From positions 54,064,001 to 54,128,000 of the forward strand of contig NC_043002.1 in NCBI RefSeq assembly GCF_006345805.1: a stretch of DNA of 64,000 bases, in the 5' to 3' direction. The DNA is from Octopus sinensis (taxonomy: Eukaryota). Positions 13,569 through 28,280 of this stretch are shown piece after piece. Under the pieces are notes generated by a model. It did not search any database. It saw nothing but the letters and a program-made list of their open reading frames with translations, and was not told the DNA's origin. How positions within the stretch are numbered: position 1 is the stretch's first letter; each line of letters starts with the position of its first letter. Both the position numbers and the translations under genes were made by a program.

Positions 13569-14227
13569 ACAAAAGTCTTGTGTACATGAACTTTTCCCTC
13601 TAGGTTAGGGGATTTGTCAGCATTCAACCAAGTCTATTACGTTACCGAAAAAATACTCGCTTTCGCACCGCTTAAAAGACAAACGGAAATTGACTACCGT
13701 ACTGTATTCGTGAAGAGCGGCAACAATTGTGAATGTACACATTTCAAAAATTCACACTGCAACGTAGGCAGAACGTTATGAACTTAACAGGCAGGTGGTG
13801 ATGAGTTCATGATATCAGAGAAGATATTCTTAAATCAGCTCAGATAAAATATGAGACAGCTGTTCGCTGACAAAACAGAATTAGATTAGACTTCAGCAGA
13901 AAAAAATTAATACTGCAATTCATACCATATACAAATTCATAGCGGAAGAAACATACATGTATTGACTGAATTTGTGTGGGGGCGGGGGGCATTTGTGCGT
14001 GTGTGTGTGGGTGTGTAAATTGTTTTCATTTCCGTTGTTACGCGTTGAAGTGGTTAATGGACAAGTTAGTATACTGTGATATTTATGCATATACAAAACT
14101 ATAATAATATATAGTTATATGTGTATATACGCACGCACACACACATAGATATACATATGTAAACATATATAGGGGTCTGTAATATAAGAATACGTATATA
14201 TACAAAGGTATATCAAATATTCATATA

Positions 14228-15485
14228 CGAGGGGCGTTCAATAAGTAATGCCCCTGACCCACTTGCATTTGTTTGATCTAGCTGAAATTTTGCATGTGCA
14301 CTTATTTATACCCCTATCGATTAAGTGGCAAATTACAGCTCTGAACTAATTGTGGTTTCTGATTTACAGGTGTTTGAACTGAGTCAAGTGTGAAATGGAG
14401 CCTGTTGAGTGTCGAGCAGTGATCTGGTTTTTGTATTTGAAAGGACGCACACCACGGGAGACTTTTGATGAAATGAAAATAACTTATGGTGATGATGCCC
14501 CATCATATGACCTTGTAAAACGCTGGCATTGTGAATTCAAACATAGTCGGAACTCTGTGGAAACAGCTCCCAGATCTGGTCACCCCCTCTGCCGTTGATG
14601 AGACGTCTGTCCGTCAAGTTGAGGCTGCCATTTTGGAAGGTCAACGCATAACTATTCGCCAAATAGCCCATAAGGTCAAGATTAGTACCGGGTCACTGGA
14701 AACTATCATTCATGACCATTCGCATATGCAAAAGGTGTCTGCCAGATGGATTTCCAGGTTGCTCACTCCTTTCCAGAAGCAAGAACACGTTGAGTGCTCG
14801 AGGGTGAATTTGGAGATGTGCCAAGAAGATGAGTCAAAATTTTTCAAAAGACTGATCACACAGGATAAAACCTGGGTCCATCACTATGATCCATAGACCA
14901 AAGCCCAGTCAATGCAGTGAAAGCACCGTGACTCACCTCCTCCAAAGAAGGCAAGGGTGCAGCCCTCCGCTGACAAGGTTATGCTCAGTCTTCTGGGACC
15001 AGGACGGAGTAGTCATGACAGATTTCCTGGCAAAGGGTACCACAATTACAGGAGCCTAATATGCTTCACTTTTGAGGAAATTAAGAGAAGCTATCAAAAT
15101 CAAGAGGCGGGGCAAGATCAGCAAAGGCATCCTCCTTCTGCAGGACAACGCTCCGGTTCAGAACTCGCGTCTCGCCAGATCAGAAGCACAGGCGTGCAGC
15201 TATGAACTCCTCCCCTTGCACCTTCTGATTTTCACCTCTTCCCAGCCATGAAGTTGATTTTGAAAGGAAAGCGTTTCCCAGATGATGCAGCCTTGATTTC
15301 TGAAGTCACGTCGTGGTTGGAGGACCAAGCTGGGGTCTTCTACAAAAACGGTCTCCAGAGCTGTATCAAACGATGGGAGAAATGCATAACTCTGGGTAGT
15401 TCCTATGTAGAAAAAGACTAATAATTGTGCCAAGTGTCGTTGCTCTACTGCTATGGGAAGTGGGTCAGGGGCATTACTTATTGAA
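14228..15485 (+). mobile_element. Near full-length inactive mariner DNA transposon (irritans-like by TIR and C-terminus; inference)
   Basis: Left end TA|CGAGGGGCGTTCAATAAGTAATGCCCCTGACCCACTT; right TIR AAGTGGGTCAGGGGCATTACTTATTGAA at 15458-15485 with the outer ~9 bp lost to a (TATG)n tract. Confidence 0.93.
14395..15421 (+). pseudogene. Mariner transposase pseudogene
   Basis: HTH N-terminus (MEPVECRAVIWFLYLKG), WISRLL (WVPRLL-like), [27 protein letters not shown] and YVEKD*; several frameshifts and stops, HPPYSPD motif deleted. Confidence 0.92.
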
Positions 15486-15605
15486 TGTATGTATGTATGT
15501 ATGTATATATATATATATATATATGTATGCATGTATGTGTGTGTGTGTATATATATATATATGTATGTATGTATGTATGAATGTATGTATGTATGTATGT
15601 ATGTT

Positions 15606-15642
<37 letters not shown>

Positions 15643-16446
15643 CTTCGGCAAAACGAAACCGGCTGAATAAGTTCCAGGCGTAAAAATAAATACTGAGATC
15701 GATTTCTTTGACTAAACTTGTCAAACCGGCGCCCCAACATGGTCGCTCTTCACTGAATGAATCAAGAAAAAAAACCACAAAAATTATAACTCGAAGTCAT
15801 ATACATATATGTGATCTGGTCCACTTCATATTCTAAGTTTAGCTTCCGTTCGGTCCTTGTCTACATTACATTTCTGCATATAACATGATCGATTAGAATA
15901 TAGCACGTTTTGCCGGGTAAAATTTTACATTTTGTCTTCTATAAAGAAAGTGTAAATTTTAGCATGGAGACTAAATAAATGAGGTGTAAAAATGTCGTCT
16001 TCTGCTCCAGGTTTCATGCAAATTTGGGTTGTATTTTTACGCACCTGAAATATGGTATCCGTATTAAATGTTGTGATATTCATGAGTTTCGTTAATTTCA
16101 TATTCAACTGGGCAACGAGAGAAGAAAATTTTTTCTAAGCTGAAAATAATTGCCTGTCTCAGACGAAAATCAATCGGAAGGCGTCATATTTGGTTGCTCT
16201 GAGTGGTAAGATAACTTATCGAAAAAGTTGAACTTCATTTTATAACTTGTTATCGACGGAAACCAACAGCCATTGTCTGGTTCTTTTTTTTTTTTTTTGT
16301 ATTTTAAGTATCGAGTACTACTTCAACGTTTATTTCGGATATTTTAACTTGAACGGAATAAGGAATTAGCTTATTAGCTTATTATTGCGAGCTTTCAAAT
16401 ACTGAGATAGAATAATCTCCATACCTTTCCGTTGTGTAATAGTATC

Positions 16447-16825
16447 GTGAGGCGCAATGGCCTCGTGGTTAGAGCAGCGGACTCATAGTCGTAGGGTCGA
16501 GGTTTCGATTCCCAGACCGGTGTTGTGAGTGTTTATTGAACGAAAACACCTAAAGCTCCACAAGGCTTCGGCAGGGGTTGTAGCGAACCCTGTTGTACTC
16601 TTTCACCACAACTTTCTCTCACTCTTTCTTCCTGTTTCTGTTGTACCTGTATTTCAAAGGGCCTGCCTTGTCACACTCTGTGTCACGCTGAATCTCACTG
16701 AAAACTATATTAAGGGTACACTTGTCTGTGGAGTACTCAGCCACTTGCAAGTTAATTTCACTAGCAGGCTGTTCCACTGATTGGATCAACTGGAACCCTC
16801 GTCGTCGTAACCGACGATGTGCCAC
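16447..16825 (+). mobile_element. tRNA-headed SINE, family A head with a different 3' body
   Basis: Head matches 36030/46669; the 3' part (CCACTTGCAAGTTAATTTCAC...GGATCAACTGGAAC...CGTAACCGAC) matches 2390-2470. Confidence 0.85.
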
Positions 16826-18049
16826 GATATTAGCATCATAATTCAAGATGATTCAGTTGCAGATAGAAAACCGATATTTCAATATTAGATCGACTCACAG
16901 AGTTAGGTGTTTCTATAATGAGATTGATAATGCGCATGCTCGATATGAGATACTCAACCGGTTGAAGATATGTCAATGGGTTTGTTGGTGCTTTTCTCGG
17001 TTAATCCCAGGTCAATTAGGAAGAAATAGAGATATAATAGATTCTCTAATTGTGACTACCCTGCTTTGTTGATGAGATGTTGGAAAACAGTATCGCTTAT
17101 CTTTCTTATTTAAGATGTGGAAGTGTTTCTTTTTCTTTACTTAAGCATTTGCTGGAGATATTTCTGCTATTTCTAACAGCCAAATCGATCACTTAGTGTA
17201 AGAATTCTTTGCTCGGAAGATTGTTTGTTCTTTGATGGAAATACTTCCGCATGGTCAGAGCTACATGGTAATAACCAGAAAAAGAGTTCAAGAGTATTGA
17301 GAACAAGCACTTCATGAACGCCAAATGAAGTTATGATCACTCCTTCGAAAATATTGGCGACACAAAAAGTGGGAAATTCCTTTAATCAGGAATACCATGA
17401 GGTTTAAATCCGAATCTTAAATTCAAATGTTTTCTAATTTAAGTATAGAACGTCTCTTTTAGAGAAGGTTTAGTACTCCTTCTATTTTTTTATAGCTTTG
17501 TTGAGAGAAGTGAAATGTGTTTATTGCTCTAACAGGCTTTTCGAGATCGGTGAAATCTAAGCGCGTAATGGTCCTCTAGAATAGTTGCAAGTTGCGAACT
17601 GAAGGGAAAACATAGGCATAAAATGGTCAATGACATATGCGAAGAAAGGATCGGCTGTTGGAGGTTAATAAGTGACTTTAGGATGTTTACATTTTGGGTG
17701 TGGAAAGTAGGAGAGGCGACTGGGTCGAGAATGTCTGAGTGGAGTTATCAAGAGATCAGATATTACAGTATGAAAGACAGAAAATCCAAAAGAAAATAAT
17801 CTTGGATCTAACATGATATCTTTATAGATTTAGTAGTTGTTACTGGCTGAAATAATTTTTCTCAGATGAGTTGACGCAATCTTGCTGTGTGAGAGATAAT
17901 AAGGTTATATAACTCTGATGGCTTCATCAGAAGCATTGGAATGGATTCAGCTTTGAACCAAAATAATCATTGGAAGATTTTGAAATAAACATTTATGATA
18001 TCTGTTTCTACTCAATTATTACAATATTGTTTGTTTTTAATGTGAATAA

Positions 18050-18240
18050 GGAGGCAAAATGCTTAGCGACATTTCGTCCGGCTTTAAGTTTTGAATTCAA
18101 ATTCCATCGACGTCCACTTTGCCTTTCATCCCTTCCGAGGTCGATAAAATGAACACTAGCTAAGGACTAAGATCGATATCGTTGACTAGGATCGATATCG
18201 TTGACCCGAAATTGATGGTCTTGTGCAGAAATTTGAAACT
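18050..18240 (+). mobile_element. SINE family N, partial
   Basis: TTTGCCTTTCATCCCTTCCGAGGTCGATAAAATG; includes a ~20-bp tandem duplication. Confidence 0.7.
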
Positions 18241-19801
18241 AATATTTATATTTCATTAATACAATAGGAACAGAATATATATATATTTGTGTGTGTGTGT
18301 GTGCGTGTGTGTGTGTGTGTGTGTTTGCGTGTGTGTGTGTTTGTGTGTGTTTTGACATTTCGACTGTCGACATTTCTCTTATCACCCACTTTCTTTAGTT
18401 CCTATTTTTTCTTATTGGTATCATAGATGTTTCTATATCCTGCTGTTTAACCCTGAAGATATGGCCAATGTGGAGATATGGCCAACCAGCCACATGGAAG
18501 ATGTATAGATGCAGCCTGCTTAGACAAATCGATATCATAATCATACATTTCCTAACAACGTGATGTGAGGTGGTCACGTGATATCGTCAACTGCAAATGT
18601 TCCAGCTAATAGCTACCAAAGCAAACCATTCTTTTGAGTCAGCATTTCGTATCCTTTCACCAGCGCCATGGATTTTCTGTAGCCAAGCTACTTAACTTTC
18701 TAATGCCAGTAATATGTGACAAAAAATGAGACTATGAGACTTCTGACTGCCTGCTTTGCCGAAACACATCAGATTTATCTTCGCTCCTTTTCAAACCTAC
18801 CGAAACCTGTGACTTTCAACTTAACCAAGACATTAGTAGGTATCTGGAAAGTTGATGCTTGTCTTCTTTGTGTTGCTTAACCCCCAGTTCAATCCTGATT
18901 GAAGAAACCGAGAATCAAGGTGATTCTAACCACGACCTTTTTCTTTCTCAAGTTAGTATCTATCTCGCACGAAATTTTGAATGTGACCTTTTTTTTTATA
19001 TTTGAAGGAATTTTGGCTACTTTTTCTTTAGATTAAGCAATCAGGTTGAAACTTATTCATTACTAGCTTCAGATCTACCATGGTTGAGCAGAGCTAAGAT
19101 AACAGAAATTTCGAGCTATGATGGTCATCGCTTCTTTTGTACATCTTAGACTACAATGGTCATTATGTCCTTTTTTTATATGTGTAATTCAAAGTAGATA
19201 TCGTTACCGTTTCTAGTAGATCACAACAGGACCACTTACAAATTAGTACATATCGTATGTAATATAAGACTGATGCACGAGTACGCAGAATCGAAACCAT
19301 AGAGCTTTCACCTGTTTCATTCGTATGCAGTCTTGCTTTCAATTCTGCATTCCAACCAATGTCAAATTTAGATACTCATCATGGACCGTCGTACCACTGG
19401 TCTTAAATGTGTCAACAGATTTCAAAATTTTACTGTTTTATTTACTTGTTTATTTATTTATCTATTGTTTATATCTGAGTTGAGCTTTTGTTGACTTGAG
19501 TTGAACATTTGTTCACAATGTTTACGTCACCTTGATATAAGTAAAAACTTCATTAATTAATGTTATCACACCATTTTCCAGCTCTTCATTATTTATTCAC
19601 ATATAACTTTATCCCCATATACGACTGTTCTCATTCTTTATGATTTTGTGGAAGACAAATCAAACACAAAATTACCAGCATATTTCATATGAAATATTAA
19701 ATAGGGAGCAAAAAACGGAACAACCATTAGAGTTAAAAGTTTAGTAGAGTAACTTAGAGAGAGACATTATTGCTTTCCCTATCTTATCAATCACACTTCT
19801 G

Positions 19802-19914
<113 letters not shown>

Positions 19915-20946
19915 AACATGTTACCAGCTTAAATATGTTTGAGACATTTGAAGACTTAAGAAGGATATTCACTGCATTTTGTGATGGAGAAAATTTCTCA
20001 CTGTAGAAAAAAAAAGATATGAACACACCAAGTCAGTTCGGAGCACTCTCTACCCAGGTCGAAAGATGCATTTCGGAGTAATTATCACCTTTTAAGTATC
20101 GAACATTGAGAGGCGACTCTGAACTGACCACGAGATACTAGGTCTCTCTTAAGCTATGTACATTTACATATAAGCTAGCGTATAATAACATATACGCATA
20201 TGGATGGATGAATGTTATTATTCCGTTTATTTCAAGATAGAGAAAGAGCCAGTTTCTAACCTAGATCCACGTCCCCGTCAATGGAATTTCAGCAACACCA
20301 ACAGGTTATTTGTGCATGTATGTGCGTATATGTATAGTATTTGGAGTCAGTGCATGTGCAGATCTGTAGATTTAATTTTATGCATATAGTTGCATGACTA
20401 GACATTTGTACATGTATATGTTTGTGCTTTATAAAATTGTGAATAGCGTATTTATTTTTCAAGGCGTTCAAAGAATAGTTTGTAAAATGTAAAAATATTT
20501 TTTAAAGATATATAAATACCTGGCAACGTAACTGTGTGATGCCATTTGAAAACCACTACAGTAATCTGTTTAAAGCGTCAGAAACCCAAAGACTTTCCTA
20601 CGTGGAATAAATTAGTAGGTCGTGAGGAGGAAGAAATGTCTGATGTTTCCTGTAGACCCCTTCACCGAGAAATAGCAAAATGTTTTTCGATAATGCTGAG
20701 CAAATAGATTGTGAGAGAAAAGAATAATATTTAATATAGCGGAAGAGGAATGGAGGGATAAGAAAGTGAAACATATAAGTAGGCGGACAAGGGTTGTAGT
20801 AAGAGTGGGATAGCCAACGGGAACATTTGAGTAAATTGGAAAACTGTGACAAAAGAGATTAAGGTTATAAGACGAAAAGAAGTGGAGAAAGAATTCCTCG
20901 CTGCTCTAATGATGATGATGATGATGATAAAAATGATGATGTTTTG

Positions 20947-20984
<38 letters not shown>

Positions 20985-21248
20985 TCACACACATACACAA
21001 AGAAAGGAGGAAGAAGAAAGAACGAAAGAAAACCAGATCAATAGAAAGATAGATTTGATAGAATCAGGTTCACTTCTTCGTTATTTCGAGTTTATCGCTT
21101 GTCTGCGTTTGTTCAGACAAACCAATTCAACCGAGAAAGTCGGAGCCGCAATGGAATAAGCACAAGCTTGCATCGAGTATATATCCTCGATTGTAAACCC
21201 AGGCGTATATATATACATGTATATAAGCACGCAAGTATATTCTCACAC

Positions 21249-21310
<62 letters not shown>

Positions 21311-21311
21311 G

Positions 21312-21364
<53 letters not shown>

Positions 21365-21373
21365 GTAGATAGG

Positions 21374-21453
<80 letters not shown>

Positions 21454-21996
21454 CTACGTTATAAATGCGAGATGTCTTCCTCCCCGTCTATTTTGTTCAT
21501 ATATTCAGTGTTGATTTAAATCTAAATAATTTCTTGAAATTTGAATTTTCCAAATGAACATGTGTTCAATGAGGAATACCATGTCTTTAGCTGAACTAAG
21601 ATGAACACTCGGAATTATCTGTATTATTCTCATCTTTATTTTCCTCTCTATAACTGTTCATAATATATATATATACATACATACATTTATATGTATGTAT
21701 GTTTGTATACATGTATATATTTACAGTATCAAAAGATTTTTATTAGCGACAGAGGGAGTATTAATACCAAAAGTAATACCCACAATTAAACGTGGATGAT
21801 CTGTTAGAACAAACAATACTGTGGCAGTTACTATTTGAGAAATTTTCATATTGGCTTTTGGTGCAAGACATAAAACGCAAAAATAAGATTGAATTTTGAC
21901 CAAAAACCAGTATGAGAGGTTCTCTCATGATAGCTACCGCAGTATTAAACATCCATATTTAAGTCGATATAAATGTTTACAATATATCTTGCGCGT

Positions 21997-22213
21997 AAGG
22001 CGGAGGGCTGGCAGAATTGTTAGTACGCTGGGCGAAATTATTAGCATTATTTCCTCTGCCGCTACGTTCTGAGTTCAAGTTCCGCCGAGATCGACTTTGC
22101 GTTTCATCCTTTCGGGGTCGATGAATTAAGTACTAGTTGCGTACTAGGCTCGATCTAATCGACAAGCTACCTCCCCCAAAATTTCGTGCCTTGTGCCTAG
22201 AGTAGAAAAGAAT
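21997..22213 (+). mobile_element. SINE family N
   Basis: CTACGTTCTGAGTTCAAGTTCCGCCGAG...TTTCATCCTTTCGGGGTCGAT. Confidence 0.85.
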
Positions 22214-22323
22214 ATACCTTGCGCGTGTACTTACATGTTGAGTTGATAATTCCATGTGTGTACGTAGTTGAGTTGATAATTCCATGTGTGTACGTAGTGA
22301 ATTTATGTTTAGCGTTTCTCATG

Positions 22324-22423
<100 letters not shown>

Positions 22424-25205
22424 CGCGTGTGTGTGTGATTATATCAAGTAATTAATATAGTTGTTATACCTGAGTTGACTCTTCAAATTTCATACTCGGA
22501 TAATACAGTAATCAGATTGACGTGTACAGCGTACCGGACTCGGGCTAGCAATCGTTCAAGCTCAAACGATGAGGCTACTCCATTAAGAAATCCGAGAGGA
22601 AAAAACGACCAAACAAACGTTAAGGGGAAATGGTAATAAAGTTTATATTCTTGTAACCCTCTACAAGAAGAAGAATGTTTATGTTGCTGTTTAATCTTTA
22701 AATGTTTAGTGGGAGTAATCGACTAAGACCAATGCTAAGTTCGTTAACCTATGTGCTTAATCCGCTGATCAGATTATAGTGATTTTACAAAATACGTAGA
22801 CGATTTCTTCTCGTTCTTTTATTTCGGACTCCCAATGTTTTTCTTGCGCTTCCTCATGAAGTATCTACGTCGTTTAACCTTGAATAATTAACAGATCGTG
22901 CATGGTACGCCATGTGCGCACGTCTGATTACTGAGCTATCTGGACACGAAACCAGAGGCAGCTCCCGTGCAACTTCTGCATTCATTAAATAGTACTTACT
23001 TTTGCTGAATCCAGTACTGTTCTGCTGATCTTGTAAATAAGAGAGTATATACCCAGAGACATGCTGCATTATCTTGTCGCTTAACCTGATATCATTTAAT
23101 TCAATGCCGTAATGTTGTAGAAACTTACCTGTCCTTATTAATTGGCGATTTGCTGCCTTATGATTATATTCATGTATATATAAAGGAGCCCCAGAAAAGT
23201 TTGAGTAAAATGTTATTCAGTGACAACAGTGCATAAAAGGTTGCCAGAGAAAAAAATAAGAGATTTCCTTTACTAAAAAGTTATCAAGTGGAAACCATAG
23301 ATTTATATAAGCAAATTCAGAAAGTCTTTTGCTTTTGGAGAAGCTCGCTTACTTATTTACTTCTCTTCTGACTTACTTACCGATCTTGACGAGCTCTCTT
23401 AAAGTCATTCTCTTTCTACTTATGATTCAAAGAAGCTGTCTACATGTGTATTGCTGAGAATGTAATATAGGTTTCTTTCTAGACTTTACCAACATCATAA
23501 GACTAACATTTGATCAAAAATATCCAATTCCAAGTCAGATGGAAAAGCCTCTTCCCTCATTTATATGCTTTTGAATAATTGTTTCATTTCACAATACTTG
23601 GAAAAGCTCCGGCGAACCTGATTTCTTTGAAATGCAGGTGACGAATCTTAGATTAGAAAATCGTCAGGATTGCAAAATAAAAACTCGTGATTGCTAATTT
23701 AGTATTTAACCAGTATGTCAATAATAGGCAGCTACCTCTTAGTTTGAAAGAAATAGCAGCAATATTGCTCTCAAATATCACTGTATGTCATAAAAAAGAA
23801 AAGACATTTTCCACACTTAACAACAGCAATAACAACAACAACAACCAGACCAACAACAACAAATATAGGTATCAAATTTTATTTTAAAATATTTCTTTAT
23901 TTCGCTCACAAAGCTATTGCTATAGAAAACTTAATGAAGTTATAAATATATTGTCTCAAAGAACCGGCGATTGAAGAACGTAGGAAAATAAACCATGCAG
24001 ATAATTTGTAAACAACAAAGAAGAGATTGTTTGGTACAACTAAATTCGTTTGAATTTTCGCAAACAGAGCAACTAGTATCATATATAAATAATGTTACCA
24101 ATATTGTAAAATTTGTTTTGTTTTACTACATTTTATTACATTTTGTATATATATATATATATTTAATGGCTTGGGGAGTTTGAAATGAAAGAGTTGTTCC
24201 AAAAGCAATCTTTCTATGACAATCGATTCAAGTGAATTTAAAACAAAACAAAAGATGAGAAAAAACCCATTAAGATGGCTGAAATGATTAAAACTAACAA
24301 AGAACCAAACGTTTAGTAATAGAGTCTATATAGATGAATGGATATTAAGCATATTCCGTGAATTGTGTAAAATTTATAACGTTCGTTTTATGAAACTTAT
24401 CATGAAGGCAATGTTTGGAAATATAGTTAGTACAGTATAAATCTCTATAAAAGCTATTAGCAAGCTCATTTCGTTGAGAAAATGGGATAATGCGAAACTG
24501 TGAAATATATATCTCATCACTCCAGTTATTCAGTCCTACAATTATAATGATTTCTACGATCAAACATCGGAGTCACCAGCCCTCTCATAAGCGCTAGACC
24601 AGCTGTAAATAGCAGTGAAATATCCCTCAATTCAAGCCTGCCGTCTCAAAACAATGTAATTCTAAATATATTATAGCCAGGATAATTTTGTCTCTTTAAC
24701 GTCGTTTTCCATTATAATTTTTCCGACACCCTGAAGGCCGGATTTACGGTAATATTTATATGCATCCACTACTGGTTGCATACCTTTGAATCTTTGCATA
24801 ATCCATCTAACATCATTACTGTTACATAATTCCGAGACCCTCGATACAGCTGTCGGATCCGAAATGGCATGCCCTCTCCACTTAGTTTTCCGTATCTTTT
24901 GTATTCTATGTAAATCTATTCTGCAAATATATCATATCTACATACTTATACATGGTTTTCAGCTTTGTTTCTCTATACATATATTTACATGTATGTATAT
25001 TTTGTATATCAAGCGCCCAAGCATGTCTATTTGCATCATTATCTTATCTATATCTCTCTCTGTCTCTCTTCCTCTGTCTCTTTCTCGATAGACATACACA
25101 CACACACACACACACATATATATGTGTGTGTGTGTATGTATGTATGTATATATATATATATATTACAACAGTATCAGCGCCAAGCAATGTTTAGGCGTAA
25201 GGAAA

Positions 25206-25443
25206 CTTTAGGTCTGTTAAAACATATCTGTGACATATTTCAATATCTAAAGACAAATTCCCAACGGTTACCGTAGAGAAAAGATTATGAAGCTGACACC
25301 GGCTAAAGATCTAGAAATTAGTCCTGGAATCCAATAGCGGGCAGCATGGATAAATATAGTGCTTTTACACCTTTTTTACCATAAGAGAGTGCATTTGCCT
25401 TTAGGAGCTGAAATATGTCACAGACGTTTTAACGAACCTAAAG
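25206..25443. mobile_element. MITE-like element, ~48-bp imperfect TIRs
   Basis: CTTTAGGT...TGTGACATATTT... / ...AAATATGTCACAG...ACCTAAAG; related copy at 49263-49441 and a half copy at ~25660-25775. Confidence 0.75.
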
Positions 25444-25867
25444 ATCGCTCATACCTAAACACTAATTGGTGCTGGTACTGCTGTAGTTTTTTCCGATTTC
25501 GCGGCCTAATGGCGCAATTCAGTCAATGTAGTTGATTGTTTCTTCAATTAAAGCTTCATCTTTAATTAAGCCTGTTCAGTGTTGAGTTTCCCCTCTTCCG
25601 TATTTCCCATTCATAACAACTGAAGGGCTAGAAACGCGTCTTGGAATCCAACTGACAGGACACGGTGTCTTTACACCTTTTCACCATAAGAGAGAATTTT
25701 TTTTCCTCCAAGGTAACAGCGATGAATTTGCGCTTAGAAGTTGAAATATGTCACCAACATATTTTAACTAAAGTCAGCATTATATGCATTCTAAGTTTTG
25801 ATCAAATTAACACATTAGACTAAATTCTTTTTTCTAGTTATTTTGAATTTCAAACATCTCTAGAAGA

Positions 25868-26077
25868 AATCTTGTGTTCAAATTTTGGCACGAGGCTAGT
25901 AATTTAGGGAGAAGGGATAAGTCGACTACATCGACCCCAGTGGTTGACTGGTATTTATTTTATCGACCCAGAAAGTATAAAAACGTATCTCGGCGGAACT
26001 TGAACTCAGAAGGTAAGAACGGATGAAATGCCTCCAACCATTTTGCCCGACGCTGCTAACGATTTTGCCAGGTCGCC
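25868..26077 (-). mobile_element. SINE family N
   Basis: GTCGACTACATCGACCCCAG...GGCGGAACTTGAACTCAGAA. Confidence 0.8.
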
Positions 26078-26297
26078 AGAAGAATTCATAGGTTTTTAAA
26101 TCCCACCCAATCGAATTTTTTTGTCTGGAATTTGCTAGGATAATCTTAGTGGATCGAAATATTTCAGAGCAGAATATGATATACTTCAGGCCTTTGAGAT
26201 TATTTATATTTAGTATGAGAAAGTACACCTCAATTTATTTTTTCTCGGTCATATAAATGATCAACTTTACTACATTGTGTGTGTGTGTGTGTGTGTG

Positions 26298-26329
<32 letters not shown>

Positions 26330-26358
26330 AAATATACTCAAACATTCTTCTTAGAAAC

Positions 26359-26699
26359 CAAGTAGAATATGCTGCTTAGCTATTGAGACATGGTATGTTC
26401 GATGTTTTTTCCCGAGTCGCCTTTGAAAACTAGATCTACTCTAGTCACGGTTGTATATATGTCCATCAAGTAATCATTTTTGATTTAAGCACTCTTGAAG
26501 ACGTATTTGCTTATGAACTATACAGATTATTTCAGTCATTCGAAATTCTACTTACCTATACATTAAATATGTATGAATCTATAATATTTGTATTTAATGT
26601 GCAGAACGATCCCTGGCGTGTTTTAACCTCAGCCATCTAGTCTATATTCATATCCTGTGTCACTAAATTCTGTCTAGTTCTCTCTCCCTCTCTCTCTCT

Positions 26700-26737
<38 letters not shown>

Positions 26738-27119
26738 GGAGTATAACTCCAAACTGACAGGTAAAAATTCAATTTAGTATTAAATCAAATTTGACAATAT
26801 AAATATGTAATATATATAAATTAGAGAAAAACCACTATAATGCAATTCAAACAATGATAGACATAAACCAAATTATAAATAAAAAATAAAATATATTTTA
26901 AGACATATAACTAGATCACAAAAAAGCTGATTACTTGATGGGCATATATACAACCGTGATTGGAGTAGATCTAGTTTTTAAAGACGAGTCGTGAAAAAGA
27001 TCGAACATACCATGTCTCGACAACTAAGCAGCATTTACTTATTATATATGTTTAAAATATATTTTATTTTTTATTTATGATTTGGTTTATGTCTAGCATT
27101 GTTTGAATTGTATAATAGT
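26359..27119. repeat. Interlocked inverted repeats (~120 bp at 26359-26481/26921-27040; ~77 bp at 26834-26910/27042-27119)
   Basis: Direct reverse-complement comparison; segment 26710-26850 is related to the reverse complement of 63440-63570. Confidence 0.85.
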
Positions 27120-27809
27120 AATTTATATATATATATATATATATATTAATCATTTTCAGTCTTTCTAAGTGAACATGGTTCCTTGAAAAGGTTTAAGATG
27201 GTGATGTATTCATTGCTTTTCACTCTATTCATTGCTTTCTCTATATGAACACTCTTTGAGTGACATTTTGTCCACAAATTGTTAGCTTCATCTTAGACTT
27301 TTTTCTAAGTTACTGTATTACAAACATAACAACCTACTATATACGCACGCTCATACACACATTATGTGCTCATGAAAAAAACACTAGCCTACCTGCGACA
27401 TTAAGAAACAGACGGATCATAGCAGTAATTTGTTTGATTCCTGTTGTGCTCAATCAGCGCTAAACATCGGAGTACAGTAAGAAAAGCAATATCATTATAA
27501 TTTATGCTCTTCTTATACTTATCTCAGTCAAGATAATTAATGAGTTCCTTAATTACATGTAATAATGATAGTTTAGTAAATATTATTATATTACATATTT
27601 TCCTTATGCCGAAATAATTTTAAGGGGTATTTTTAAATAATAGGAAACCTTGTAGAATTTTATGTGTATCATTTTTAGCGAATAATTTTTATGTATGACA
27701 AGTTGGATATATAAACTTTCAGTGGATATATAAACTTTGAAACATTTTATAAGAGGTGCAAAACAAAACTAGGAAACTTATATTACAGGCACAGTTATGG
27801 CTCTCTGAT

Positions 27810-28280
27810 TAAAGAGCTTGTTTTGAAACTACTGGGTTAGGGTTCAGTCCCTCTGCACGGCACCGGGAGTGTCTCCTACTATAGCCCCAGACCAACCAAT
27901 GCATTCTGAGTGAATTTGGTACGCTGAAACTGTGAAGAAGTCCGTCATGTGTGTGGAGGGGGTGAGTGAGTGTGTGTGTGTGTTTGTGTGTGTGTATGTG
28001 TATGTGTGTGTGTGTATGTGTGTGTTTGAATGTGCATGCGTGTACATGTATGTATTTTTGTGTTTGTGTCAGTCTCCTATGATCGAGAACTGACACAAAT
28101 ACACCGCTTATCAATCGGTGGTGGTTTTTTTAGTTCCCATAACCTATCATTTGGGCAAAAAACACCAACAGAATAATTTCCAGATTTAAAAATAAATACT
28201 GTTGTCGATCTTTTGGACTAAAACCCTTCAAGATGATGCCCCAGCATGGCTGCAGTCCAATGAATGAAGCAAGTAAAAGA
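27810..28280 (+). mobile_element. SINE family B, diverged
   Basis: GGGTTCAGTCCC head, internal (TG)n, CCCCAGCATGGCTGCAGTC tail. Confidence 0.75.

Noticed and set aside
26375-26452. Hammerhead-like CUAUUGA...GAAAACUAG...CUAGUC
   Set aside because: Two core changes, no stem I, no clear stem II, and the inverted sister copy does not keep the pairings.
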